Shown here in pieces: positions 11,877 through 24,077 of a stretch of 64,000 bases of DNA (its first letter is position 1; each line of letters starts with the position of its first letter). This DNA comes from Convolutriloba macropyga (lineage: Eukaryota). The stretch spans positions 59,272,001-59,336,000 of the forward strand of contig NC_134468.1 in the NCBI RefSeq assembly GCF_964194025.1. The letters are read 5' to 3'. Position numbers and translations under genes: made by a program. The notes under the pieces are model-generated. The model saw only the letters and a list, made by a program, of their open reading frames with translations, ran no database searches and was not told the DNA's origin.

Positions 11877-12616
11877 GAGGGAGGGGGGTCACAAGAGGAC
11901 AAAATGAAGAACAGATCCGAAGATATATCACTTTCCTTTTAAAATGCAATTGTCCACAAAAAATACAAATTAAAAACCAATAAAACTGTTCAATTTTGAA
12001 ATGATCGCAACAGGTGTTGATTAAAAAAATTACCACACGGTTGTTATCGCCCTCGATGTTATTCACCTCGGAGTTTGATAACTTCTCGGTGGCGATAACA
12101 ACCGTGTGGTAATATTCATTAGACTACAATTTCAACAAACTGTTTTCATCATTAGACTACGAGGTTTATCACCACTCTTTTATCGCCACTATTTACTTAG
12201 TAACAGTGGCGATAAAAGAGTGTGATAAGTTCGTAGTCTACTGCTGAAGTGTTTTTCCAGTGTCGATCGGGCATTAAATTCTATTACATTAGCATTTTAT
12301 TTAACTGCTTTTATTGCAACAGGTGTTGACTAAAATTTTGAGTCAAGGCTTGAGCATCAGTTCTTTTATACAAATTAGACCTCAATTTCGCTGTTAAAGA
12401 AAATCAACAAAAAAGTTAGGCTCGTTACAAGTGAAAGAATTGGAATTGTAATGCGGCGCTGTCTTATTTTAAAACCAGTCTACACATTTTTATGACTTGA
12501 AAGAGCGCTATGGCTTTCTAGGTTTTTTAAAAAATGTGAGTGAGCTCAGGAACCGAAATTTCAGGGAGTGAAAAATGTCTATAAAAGTCTTTGGTGAATA
12601 TATTCCAAGAGCTGAG

Positions 12617-12619
<3 letters not shown>

Positions 12620-12701
<82 letters not shown>
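12620..12701. repeat. (GA)n microsatellite
   Basis: About 40 GA units, directly visible. Confidence 0.97.
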
Positions 12702-12703
<2 letters not shown>

Positions 12704-13129
12704 CTATTTCACAGAATCTTTTCAAACAGAGTTAAAATGTAGGTGTGACAAAGTCATCTAATCAAGGAAATTTTTTCGTTCGCGTGCGGCTTTTTCACGC
12801 TATATGTTGGTTTTGAAGACTGAGGTGAAGATATTCGGTTTCTTTCTAGCGGGACAATCGCTCGTGAACACAAACAACTACAGAGAAAACGAACTTTTTT
12901 GTTAAAGCACCGATTTGTTTCAACCTTAAAATTAGAAAGCACAAAATTTACGCTGTAAACAACCTGTTTTTTCCTTCCACTTCGTGTTTCGGCGTGACCA
13001 AAATCATCACATCAAATCGACTTCAAAAATCATGAGCATAGCCGGAACAATTCCCCAAACGGCTTGAATTTGTCAGCGTCAGTACTTCAAAGTAACCAGT
13101 ATTTGATGACAAAGCGTATAAAATATTTA

Positions 13130-13618
13130 CGTCACGTAACGATTTTCTGGAGAGATATTACCGCTAGAAAACAAAATAAATGTCGTTCTTTCGCCAGTAG
13201 TTTTTGTTCAAATTCATTTTCTGGCTAGTAGTTTTTTTTCACATGATGATATTTGGTTTCATTCAAAAGTTTCCAGGATTTATAATAAATAAAGGAAGTT
13301 TTAAAGGCTATTGTAGCGATATTTTATCCATTGTTTTGTTTTATGATTTTTATCAATTTTCACTTTTCATCAAACATTTTGATTCAAATCTTATGAGAAA
13401 AAGAATAAATCAAAACAATGGATAAAATATTGCTATAATAGCCTGAAAAACATCCTTTAACTATCAAAAAGCCTGAAAACCATTGAAAGAAGCCGTATAC
13501 CATCATTTGAACAAAAACTACTGGCGAAAAAAAGGAATTTGAACAAAAACTACAGGCGATAGAATGACTTTTGATTTCTTTTTCAGCAGGAACTTCGCTA
13601 GAAAATCGTTACGAGACG
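13130..13618. mobile_element. TA-flanked palindromic MITE (Tc1/mariner-type), nested in an older TIR element (~13078-13828)
   Basis: TA|CGTCACGTAACGATTTTCT ... AGAAAATCGTTACGAGACG|TA, with arms inverted nearly to the centre. Outer inverted repeat: AGTACTTCAAAGTAACC...ATGACAAAGCGTATAAAA versus TTTTATGCGCTTTGTCAT...GGTTACTTTGAAATACT. Confidence 0.8.
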
Positions 13619-14652
13619 TAGAAGTTTGTTCACAAACCGAACAGTACTACCGAGCAACGTTTAAAAAATGACACTCTTGTGCAATAAGTGCATTTAGAGT
13701 AAGTGGATTCAAAAGATGCCAAATATTAAAATAATTATTTCTTTTGTTTTGTTTGGCTTTTAAGATTGTTTTTTTCGCTGCTTTTATGCGCTTTGTCATT
13801 AGGAACAGGTTACTTTGAAATACTGGCAGTCACGAATTCGATCGGTTTCCAGATTTGAATGGCTAGCAGCAACAGCTGAGTCCTAATGGACAGAAAAAAC
13901 TAATCAAACGTATAATAAAACGGAAAGAAGAGTATTAAGCCTCTTCAACCGTCCATAGAACTTCAAAATAACTTCCACAAAACTAATTACAATACCTTCA
14001 AAATAGTAATGATATTTTTACAATAAGAAAATCTATCCTGGCAAAAACAGATGTGCCTTACCATGCAGAAATAGAATTTAATTTTACAGCTTGTGCTTCA
14101 AGAATTTGTATTGAATAAAAAGAACAGTTTTGGTAAACACAATATTATATTTTGCTGTTCTCTGTATCACAGTTGTTAAGCTGCGACTGTCGGAAATCAT
14201 ATTGCTGATTTATGGTTGGCAAGTTAATTTATGGTGGTCAACCGGAAAAGCGTGCTTCTGAGGTTTTTTGACGTTTGTGAAGATCATCGACAATACCTTG
14301 TCACATTTTCTCATTTTGTATTGTTTCTCAGCATGAAAATCATTACGTTAACAGGGAAAACTAACCCAAAGTTTTATTGCTCACATTTGCGACTTCTTGA
14401 TTTGAGACACATTTCAGACATTTAATTTATCGTAAGAGTCATGATCGGTGTTTCTATAAAACGGCTAAATCTCTTCTTAATGCAAATTTAATATTTCGGA
14501 GGTTTTCTATTCATTTTTTCTCCAAATAGGCTTTTTTCCTTTATATCTTATTGATGGCGTTGACTATATGCGGATAACAGTAATGCTGAGCGTGCATAAT
14601 AGCGATTGTACGATGCTTATCACTCGCTCAAAATTAGGCAAATTTGAAATCC

Positions 14653-17335
14653 AACAAGACGGATCGGTAATGTGCAATGGCACATAAGGCTCCGACCCCG
14701 CCCATCCACAGTTTTGGCATAATTGTCTACCAAATGAGGAACAGATAGAAAAACCCAAAAATTATTTTTTGCGAATCCCAAAAAAGCCCAAGTCTTTTTC
14801 AAAAAATTCTGTATGAACGATAAGATAACCTCCAAAACAAATAACTCAGTGGAGTAAAAATTGATGCATTAGATTGCTGTAATATGTCAATATTAAGAAA
14901 GCGAGTCAAAACGAACAGCAAAATCAAACAACAACAACAACAACAAACATTAATTACATCAAAAAAATTATGTCCCTCTTAAAAACTAAATTTAATAACA
15001 AAGTCAACATACCGTCAGATAAACCTGAAACTAAGCAAAAATAACTTATAAATCACCAGAAAACATAAGCGACCAGTCCATAAAAAGGTTTGGTAACAAT
15101 TATACAAAAAAGAACAAAAACAGAGAAGTAAAAAAAATTAACTTATTTTTTGAAACAATTAACTTCAAAGTAATAAATACCATTAGGAATCAATTAATAT
15201 TACCACAAGTTTGGGATTACCACTGCTTCTATAGAAGGGCATTAGGACCTGACCTTATTCATTTTTTAGAGCGGCTAAAAAGAACAACAAAGAACAAACA
15301 AAATTTCAATTGAAACTTGCCAGAAAACGCTGTCAAAACCGTCAAGCCAAATTTTGGCACTCAAAATATATTTGATTGCGCCTTCTTCAAACAGCTATAA
15401 TGTAGTACGTGGCCATTCATTAGTAAGACTAGGTCACAAGTAGACAAAAAAGCGAAGTGCTAAAGTATGTAATACTTTCAATTTTTTTTTCGAAACAAAA
15501 TTACATTCAATGTCATGAAAGGCATTAATTACAAAAAGAGCTATTTAAATATCGTCGTTTTTTCATGAAAAGGAAACCCTCGAGAACTGTAATTATCCAG
15601 AATATTTCTTCTTGCATCTACAAAAAGAACGTCAAATATGACAAAAATCAAATTAATTTAATTTTTTTTTGTGAAAAAGCGGTGTCGAAGCCAGTAAGGT
15701 CATAACAAAATCTTTAAAAAAAAGATTTTGGGACACCAATCCCTTTTTCCCCTTGACACCCATAATGTCATATTTGACCTGTAATCAACTAACGAGATTA
15801 GGTAACAAAAAGAAACATAAAAAGAACAAAATTGCGAAATTAAAAAAGTTTTTTTTTTTAATTTTGGAAAACGATGGGTTTGAAAGTCATAAAAGCCATC
15901 AGCTATCTGCTAATATCAGAATATCGGTTTTTCTATTCTTCCATGAAAAGCCAATGAAAGCTATCACTATACAGGAAATTTCATACGACCGAAACGACAA
16001 AGTATAAATGACAGTTAAGACAAAATTAAAAAATTCACTTGATTTCTTCAAAAAAGAGGCGTCGAGGCCATTAAAACGATGATTTATATATTTTAGGATT
16101 TTGATATGTTCAATTGTGCTTTAATTTGAATGCTAACAAGGTGACATGAGAACTGTCAATAATGTGATAATGTGACAAAATTAGAAAACGTGAAAAACTG
16201 GCAAATATCAAAACAAACAAAAATCTAAAATCTTGTAGTATCAAAGCCAGAAAACAATAATTTCAGGCTTAAAACTGCAACCGAGAATAAATGTTAACTC
16301 AGTAGAAAGAGGAAGCAGTCTTTTTTTGCTGACACTAGCTGGAAGTTGAACAAATTAAGAAAAAAATAGAGGAAAACTTAATTAAGCCATTATTTATTGA
16401 AAAGTCAATTATTTTTAAAAAAGAAACGATCATAAAATTTCAATTAAAAAACTAAATGCATTAGCCTGGAGCTGTTTAGCAAGCGAATTGTTTGGACCTA
16501 TCACTCCTGAGCTTTGATTTGATATGTTCTGTTCTTTATTATTAAAAAAAAAGTCTTTTTTTTAAAAAAAAAAAGACCGACTGATTACAACCCGATTTTT
16601 TTTGGATTGTAACAGTCCAAGAATGGCCCAAAACTACCCCTGTTAATACTTATTGTCCGTGAAGAACAATTGATTTTTCGAATGTTGTAGATATAGATAA
16701 CTTCTGAGTTGAAACTCAAAATAAATTTTGCATTTTTGATAATCAACGAGTAAAGTTAGCAAAAAACGGCAAAGTTTTAACTACAAGGCACTCTCTGCGG
16801 ACTCTGAAGTAGAAATAGCCCCCCTCTGAGTCTACAAAGATTGTATGAGTGTTGTTTGGGGGTGTACTGTAGGCAAATTTATTCAAAGTGGACTAAAGTA
16901 GCTTATTTCGTGCTGTTGTTGATAATAAAGGCTAAATTTTGAAATGTTTATCCAGATTTTTTGACCAAAAAATTAAATCAAAACAATCAAAAATGCTTGT
17001 TCGTCTTCAAAAATAAAATCAGCGACACTATTCTTAAAAATTATAACAAATTTTAGCAAAATTGACGAAAATTTAGGCAAAAATTCCGGAAAATGTGAAT
17101 AAAAACAACGTGAATTCACTCTTCTTTTCTCAGAAGTTTAAGCCTCGATAACTCCCTGTAGAAAACGAAAATTAAAAAAATCTTTTTAATTCCATATTCT
17201 ACGCTGGACGAGCTTTCTTATGATACCAGTCTCAACTCTCTACGATGAATATATCGAGCGGCGAAAATTCACGGAACAAAAAAAAACCCAGTTGAGTATA
17301 TAGTTCCTCCCCCCTCAAGAGGGTCGGAACAATAA
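14653..17335 (-). mobile_element. DINE-1/Helentron-like non-autonomous element, family A, copy 1 (~2.7 kb)
   Basis: Reverse-complement match along its length to 55924-58606. Sub-TIRs GTTCCGACCC / GGGTCGGA(G/A)C, a 3' stem-loop and a terminal CTTGTT. Confidence 0.8.
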
Positions 17336-19169
17336 TAACAAGCATAATCTTGAAACACCCTTCCTAAAAAGTGCTGAAAAAAAGCCTATCGAATTTACTG
17401 GATAAAATTGTATTTGTAAAATCGTTTTGCGAGTTAATGGTTGAGCCCCCAAAACGTTGGGCAATTTGAAAACGGTCGCTGTATTTGCTATCCCCTGCTC
17501 ATACTTTTGGCTGTTTTTTTACTCAATTGGTTAACATAATCCAGTTCAAAATAAAGCAGCTCTGAAATCAACACTAACCTTTTATATATACTCATGCAGA
17601 ATTGATCAAGACGTCGAAAGAGATCCTAAGACGCAGTCGAAGTAATCTTCTTACGTTTTAAAACCGTCGAAAACCGTCGCTTCTTACCTTTAATTACGGA
17701 TCAAAACGACGAAAAAAACGTAAGGGCTTTGATCGGTTTCGGCGAAGATGTTTGAATCCGATGAAGTTCTCAATACAGGAGTTTAAATTCACAAGAGTCA
17801 GAAAGAGGAGAATGATCAAACTAACCTCAGAGAAATAGTCGATTCCAGTTTTTTCCGGATGACATCCAAATTCCATTCACTGACTCCCAGAGAGCTAATT
17901 TAAAAATCTGTCAATCTGGACGGTTGACTGGTATAAATGTTTCATAGGAAAGCAATTAAACTAAAATCCAGTTGACTGAGAGAGAGAAAAAGTTGAGTCG
18001 AATATTCAAAAGCAATTAAATATGCATGGCCTAAATAATCACACACCATAGCGTTCAACTTTTAATTGACAACACGAACGAAAAAAAGCAAATAATATCG
18101 GTTAAATCTACTGTAAAGCTTTTAAGCGGCAGAAATGGCTGATGCAAATGACAAAACACGACGAATTAAGTTGATAAAGTATTTTGAACAGTATAGTAGA
18201 TTTTTGGTAAGAAGCTTTACCATTGTACTTGAGGTTGGTAGATAATATATTGCGTGTGTGTGATTGAGTTAAGCGGATGCTCAACTTTTTTTATCCGCAA
18301 AATTATCTTCACCTGGTTCAAACTATGCTGTGTTTAAATGTGGCGATTGTTTGATCGATCATTGTTGTATATTCAAATTTGTGCGCTTTTTGACTGCTGT
18401 TCAATGAAGTCAAGAACAGGTCAAGTGGTTGTTTGTTTATTTTTCAAAATCATCAAAAAAACCTCAAGACTGGTCGAATGGCGATAGAGTTCAAAAAACG
18501 AAAGGACAGGAAAATGCATTTTGCAGTATCCTGCAAACGATAGAGTTTATATATCATTTCATTTCACTCAGTTTAATAATTTTGGGTATTCAGAACACTG
18601 CTTTTCTTGGAATAGAGATTACTTTTCATTTAAGTGCTTTTTTGAAATTATAGAAAAAGATTCATGGCCAATTCATTGATTGGTGTTCATCGGAGTTCAG
18701 CATTCGAATTCATTATTATTAACTTTGACAGTTGCCTCTTTTAAAGAAACTTGATATCAGATTTATAGCTACTGACAACTCCAGGTTGCAAGAATCTTGC
18801 AAGTTATGAAAACTGGTCAAATAAATAGGCCTTTTAATGCTCTTCTGATTTGGAAACAGAATTATGATTTTTAGACAGGTTCCGCTATTCTTGTAACATT
18901 TTGAATTCACAAAAATGGTAGTCCCTTTTTAGGATAAAAGGGCGGCTGAAAATGAAGTTTTAAACAAGCTTGTTGATCTCTAAAAAAGGAAGAACATTGA
19001 CTGCTGTGGAAAGAAAATTTTTTGCAAGAACCTTGCAAGATCCTGGCAGCATATTCTCTGATATATCGCAAAGATCAGAACTTAGAGTATAGGTTAAAAC
19101 TTTGAGATAAACAAAATTTTCTTAATTGATGTTGATGAAGTAAATTTATCTAATGGCTACTAAATTCAT

Positions 19170-22100
19170 CCGATTCGTTGCTTCAAATTTATTCGACACA
19201 CAAGTTTATCAGTGTACATAAACCATAAATTTGAGCAATTAGATGGACCTTCCCACCATCAGTGATGACCATAAACCGACCCAATGATCCTCCCTGTAGA
19301 TATCAATGACACGTTCTCAGGTTAGGAAAACAATGTGTTAAGTTCAAAAAACTGCACTAATACTTGCCATATACGGCAAGGTGAAAAACTTGTTCCCACT
19401 TAAGGTGTCAATTAACCAATAACAGTTTATCTATATCTAGACGGTTCTGTAAATTTTCATAATGATAGCAACTATAAACACCTGTGATTTTATGTACTTT
19501 CAGGCCATTTTGAATTCAATTTTTAAAATAAAAAAGCTCTTGTTACTATCGTGTCCAGAACACCGACTGACCGACAATTTTCGGATCTGCAAAATGCTGA
19601 ATCCTGTACTGCGTGTATTTTTTTGTGGCGAAATGTTGCGCAGAGAAAAAAGAAAACAAAGTCAACACCGACTGTACAATTTTGAACCTACAGGTAACAA
19701 ATCGCATTCTCGGTATGTGCAGACAAGGAGAATTTCTGAAAATTAGGAGCTTTATGAGCCTTACAAACTATCAAACACTCATTTTAAAAAGTTCAGACTA
19801 GTAATTCGAAACTGTATTTCTCCAAAGAGAGAGTGTAAAAACGGCAGAAGGTGCTAAACTTATGTGACTCCGATGATGATTTTGTAGCGCGCCTAAGATA
19901 AGACGCACGCTTTTGTGACTTCTAGACACTAAGAGCAGTGACCAATCCCGAAGAGGAGTTGGTAAAATTAAAGTTCATCTCAAGTTTGAGAGTCCTTGAA
20001 ATAAATTTAAGACTATTAGACGGCATCAAAGCCAAACCAACGTTGACTCGTTCTAAAAGGACAGAGTCTAAAGTTCAGCAGTCAAGCAATGGCTTTTCGG
20101 GTTCTTCAACGGGTAATAAACCGGTTATAGTGAAGGAAGAAATGAGATACCACTTCAAAAAGACCTTCAAAAAACTGACTGAAAAATTTACTGGTGAAAA
20201 AGGCAATGGTCACTTGTGCAACAGATGTGGAGGTAAGCCGCACAATAGCAAGCCTTGTCCTGCATTGAACAAAAAATTTAACGCTTGTGAAAAGGTGGGG
20301 CACTTTGCGAAAATGTGCAAAAGTAAAACCCAGCCTAGTTCAGGTCTGTCCGACCAGCACAACTACTTCTGCGAGCAAGAGGGTAGGTTTTGTGGTCAAA
20401 CATCTTCCGAAAAAAAGCTGGGAATGTACTATACACGCAAAATTGTGTTCAAGATGTCAGCGACATGGTAGTGCATTACAATAAACGAACAAAAACTAAA
20501 AATGAAAATTGATACAGTTGCTGATAGTACAGTGATACCATCATTCATCAGGACTGAGCTTGGTAAATCTCACTTAGATGGGAGAATCAGACGTCTTGAG
20601 GCCTATGATGGTCGTCAATTGACGCTTCGGAGATCACTAACTTAAGATGTTGAGTTGAACGGAAGTACTTATATGCAGCAACTTGCAGTTGTGCAATCCG
20701 ACAAAGAATTTTGATTTTTTGGGAGAGACATATTACCCCAAGGAGGCTTCAACACATTGCGTGATGAAAAATTACCTGAAGCCAAAGGATACAAAGCGCA
20801 TTTGAAACTCATACCGGGATCACAGACGATGTTCTGCAAGACTAGAGAGATACTCTACCTCTACAAGACAGGGTCAAGGAAAAATTTGTGACGATGGTGA
20901 AAGAGGGCAACCTGGAGCCAGTGCAACCAGGTGGGGTCACAAATGCATCACCAGTAGTTTGAGAGCGGAACAAAAATGGAGCTCTAAGAATATGCGTGGA
21001 CCTGAAAAATCACATTAACCTTAAAGTTATGGACAAGGATTGTCCAAAACCAGACATGGAGACCATATTCCATAATCTCCATGGGATCTCTTGCTTTGGC
21101 AAAAATGATTTATTAGACAAAGATTATAAGATAAATTTAGACGAGGTTGCAAAAAAAGTTGTACAATCAACACATCGCCAGTATTGTTCAAGATATGCAG
21201 GCTACCTCCGAGCTTAAAGAAGTTTTCATTCATCTTCCAGAATTGCACCAATTCAATTCTCAAATGTATCAAGGGTATGACTTTTTTTCTGGATGATGTA
21301 CTAGTTTAAGGAACAACAAAAGGGCAAAACGAGAATTGAATGCTTGCGGTCAAAAGTCGACAACGTAACGTGAGAATAATTTCAACGTCAATGAAAAGAA
21401 ATCCAACTCAAAACTAGTCTCATGCGTTAGTGTTCTTAGTTCTTCAGTTTCAAAGGCAGGATTAGCAACCAATCCTAAACACGTTGAAACAATCAAAAAC
21501 GCAAAACCACCATCAAATATGAAACAACTCGAGTCTTCTATGGACCAAAGACACCAGATTTTGCTTAAAAAAATGTTACATTTGAAAAAAAATTTGAAAA
21601 GAAGACTCCAGATGGGAGAAAGCAAAACAGACCGCTATCGAAAACATAAAAAATGAGTTATGTGCTTACCCAATAGTTAAGCCTTACAGGTTGATGAAAG
21701 AAGCAACCGTGACAACAGACGCCTCTAAGTAATCAAAAGGCGGGTTCCTCTCACAGGAAGGACAGCTTGTGATCTATGTCTCAAGGAAGTTGTCAAAAGC
21801 CGAACAACATCACTCCGAATTTGTGCGAGAGGCTTTGCAATCACAAGATGGAAACAAATCCTGCTCAGAAGGAGGTTCAATGTAAAAACGGACCAATAGC
21901 CTCTGAAATATCTCTTTGCACAAGACGATAATATTCCTAAACTGGCATCAGCAAGAACCACAAGAGGGGCTATAGCGCTGATGGGATTCAGTTTTGAGTT
22001 GAAAATTACACCCGGTGAGCATATCCCCCACGCTGATGCTTTGAGCAGACTAGATTTTGATGACGACGATGACAATGATTGAGTATGCTTTGCTCTTGAC

Positions 22101-23729
22101 AATACCTATTTTGTTCAACTCAACCTGGTGACCCAGTCAGACATCAGAACTGAACTGGGATTCGACTCTTCCAAGATATCATCAAAAGATTGAAAAGCGG
22201 AAAACAAAAACAGTGCTCAGAAGCAGAGACAGGTTTCGAACAACATAAAAACGCATAAACTATTCACAATGGAATCATCTTTCGAGGAGTTATGCCCTTC
22301 ACTCCACAAAAACTAAGACATGTGATGATGGCCAAAGCTCACGAGGCACACCCATGCGAAAAAAGCAACTAAAACAGCAGTTTGATTGATTGCATTGTGT
22401 CAAGGCATCAGTCAAGATGTTCTTCGATATGTTAATAAATGAATGGAATGCCAAGAAAACAGGCCCAGCCTGGCAAAAACAGTATCTACTGGGCCAGAAG
22501 CAGAAAATTGGGAAAAACTTCATATGGACTGTTGTTACGATAAGGACCAAGGTAATATCTTAGTAATAGTAGACGCGAGGTCGGGCTAGATAGAAGCTTT
22601 CCCTGTGGGAAATAGAGCCTCACAGAGAGTGAAAGTGTACTTAAGTCAAATCCTTGCAAGATTTGGGATACTAAAAACGTTAGTATCAGACAATGGTCCC
22701 GAGTTTGTCAGTGGTGACATAAAAAACTGGTGTGATTTAAAAAGACGGAGTCAACCTTCTACCATACAAGAGCAAATTGACTTGCCGAGCGAGCAGTCCA
22801 AACAGTGAAACGGGCTCTTCTAGACGAGTCGAAATCTGAATGCGTCATTTGGCGCTTTCCTACAGCGGGCTCTGATTTCACACCGGAACACTTCCAAGAC
22901 GCGGGGCAAAACTCCTGTGGAACTAGTGCTAGGAAGGAAAATGAAACCTCCAGCAGTCACCGAGTTTCATCTATGTGAACTAGTCTTCTTCAAACAAAGA
23001 GCTCATAATCAACAATTGCAGTTACATTCATCATACGTAAGGGAATGAAAACTTCATTCGTCCAGCAAAAGATTTCAAACAACACAGTGCCCGTTAGTGA
23101 AAGCGAAATTGCACTGCTGGCACCTGATGACGTTAAGACTGAATTTACTGATCAGCAATCTACTGACTCAAAATCTGAGAAAAGAAGGGACACAATAGAC
23201 CTGGCATCAACAGACTCCAATGCAGAAATTTCAGTAACTGAAAGAGATCAGCCTTCAAAGGCTACGAGAATTTCTAGCAGAAATAAAAAAACAGCCAAAA
23301 AAATTTGGAGAAGCTATTCCTACAGACTTGCTTAAAAAGAGGGAGGATGTGATATATCACAGAAATCGGAACTTTCGAATCATTGCTTCAAAATTGTTCG
23401 TACCACCAGTTTATAAGAGCTCATAAACCATAAGTTTGAGCAATTAACTCGACCTTCCTACCATCAGTGATGATTATAAACCCACTCAATGATCCTCCCT
23501 GTAGATATCAATGACATGTTCTCAAGTTAGGAGAACATTGTGTTAAGTGCAAAAAACTGAATTAAAACTTGCCATATACCGCAAGGAGAAAACTTGTTCA
23601 TAATTAATGTGTAAATTAACTAATATCACTTTATTTGTATCTAGACGGTTCTGTAAATTTTCATACTAATAGCAACTCTAAATACCTATAAATTTGTGTA
23701 CTTTTCGGCCGTTTTGTTTTTAAAATACA
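19170..23729 (+). mobile_element. Degenerate near-full-length Ty3/Gypsy LTR retrotransposon
   Basis: LTR copies at ~19170-19512 and 23348-23729 (TGT...ACA), with polypurine tract AAAAAGAGGGAGGA before the 3' LTR. Domains in Gypsy order: gag knuckles (CNRCGGKPHNSKPC, CEKVGHFAKMC), protease KIDTVAD ~20505, RT FLDD ~21290, RNase H, integrase VSDNGPEF. Many stops and frameshifts. Confidence 0.92.
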
Positions 23730-24077
23730 ATGCACGTGCGTCCGGTTGATCTCTCAAATCGAACGAGCAAAACAAGAACTGAGAAAAATTTACATTTGAA
23801 ATTTGAATCTTTAGCACCCAAGATTGAACCTACCACATTTTTAAATCAGTGGCTGTTATCTAAAAGAAGTCGACAAAGCAGAGTGTTGCTGTGGGGGGCC
23901 GAAGTTCCACCGGTTGGAACAACTCTATCAGTCTCAAGTTGCAGATTCCCCGGTGAGATAATTCCATTTTTTAGTACTGTGGTAGTCTATAAAGAGGAGA
24001 TGTGGTATATTGTTTTCTTTTGAACAGTTATTGGCGCGATCGAAAATGAAGTACAATTTAAGAACAAAAAAGAAGCT

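Noticed and set aside
9969-12066. Many long His/Thr- or Cys/Val-rich ORFs
   Set aside because: They are translations of CA/TG microsatellite and N runs.
14564-14835. Duplicated small ORFs (also 58424-58653)
   Set aside because: They lie in the termini of the family A repeat and have no recognisable domain.
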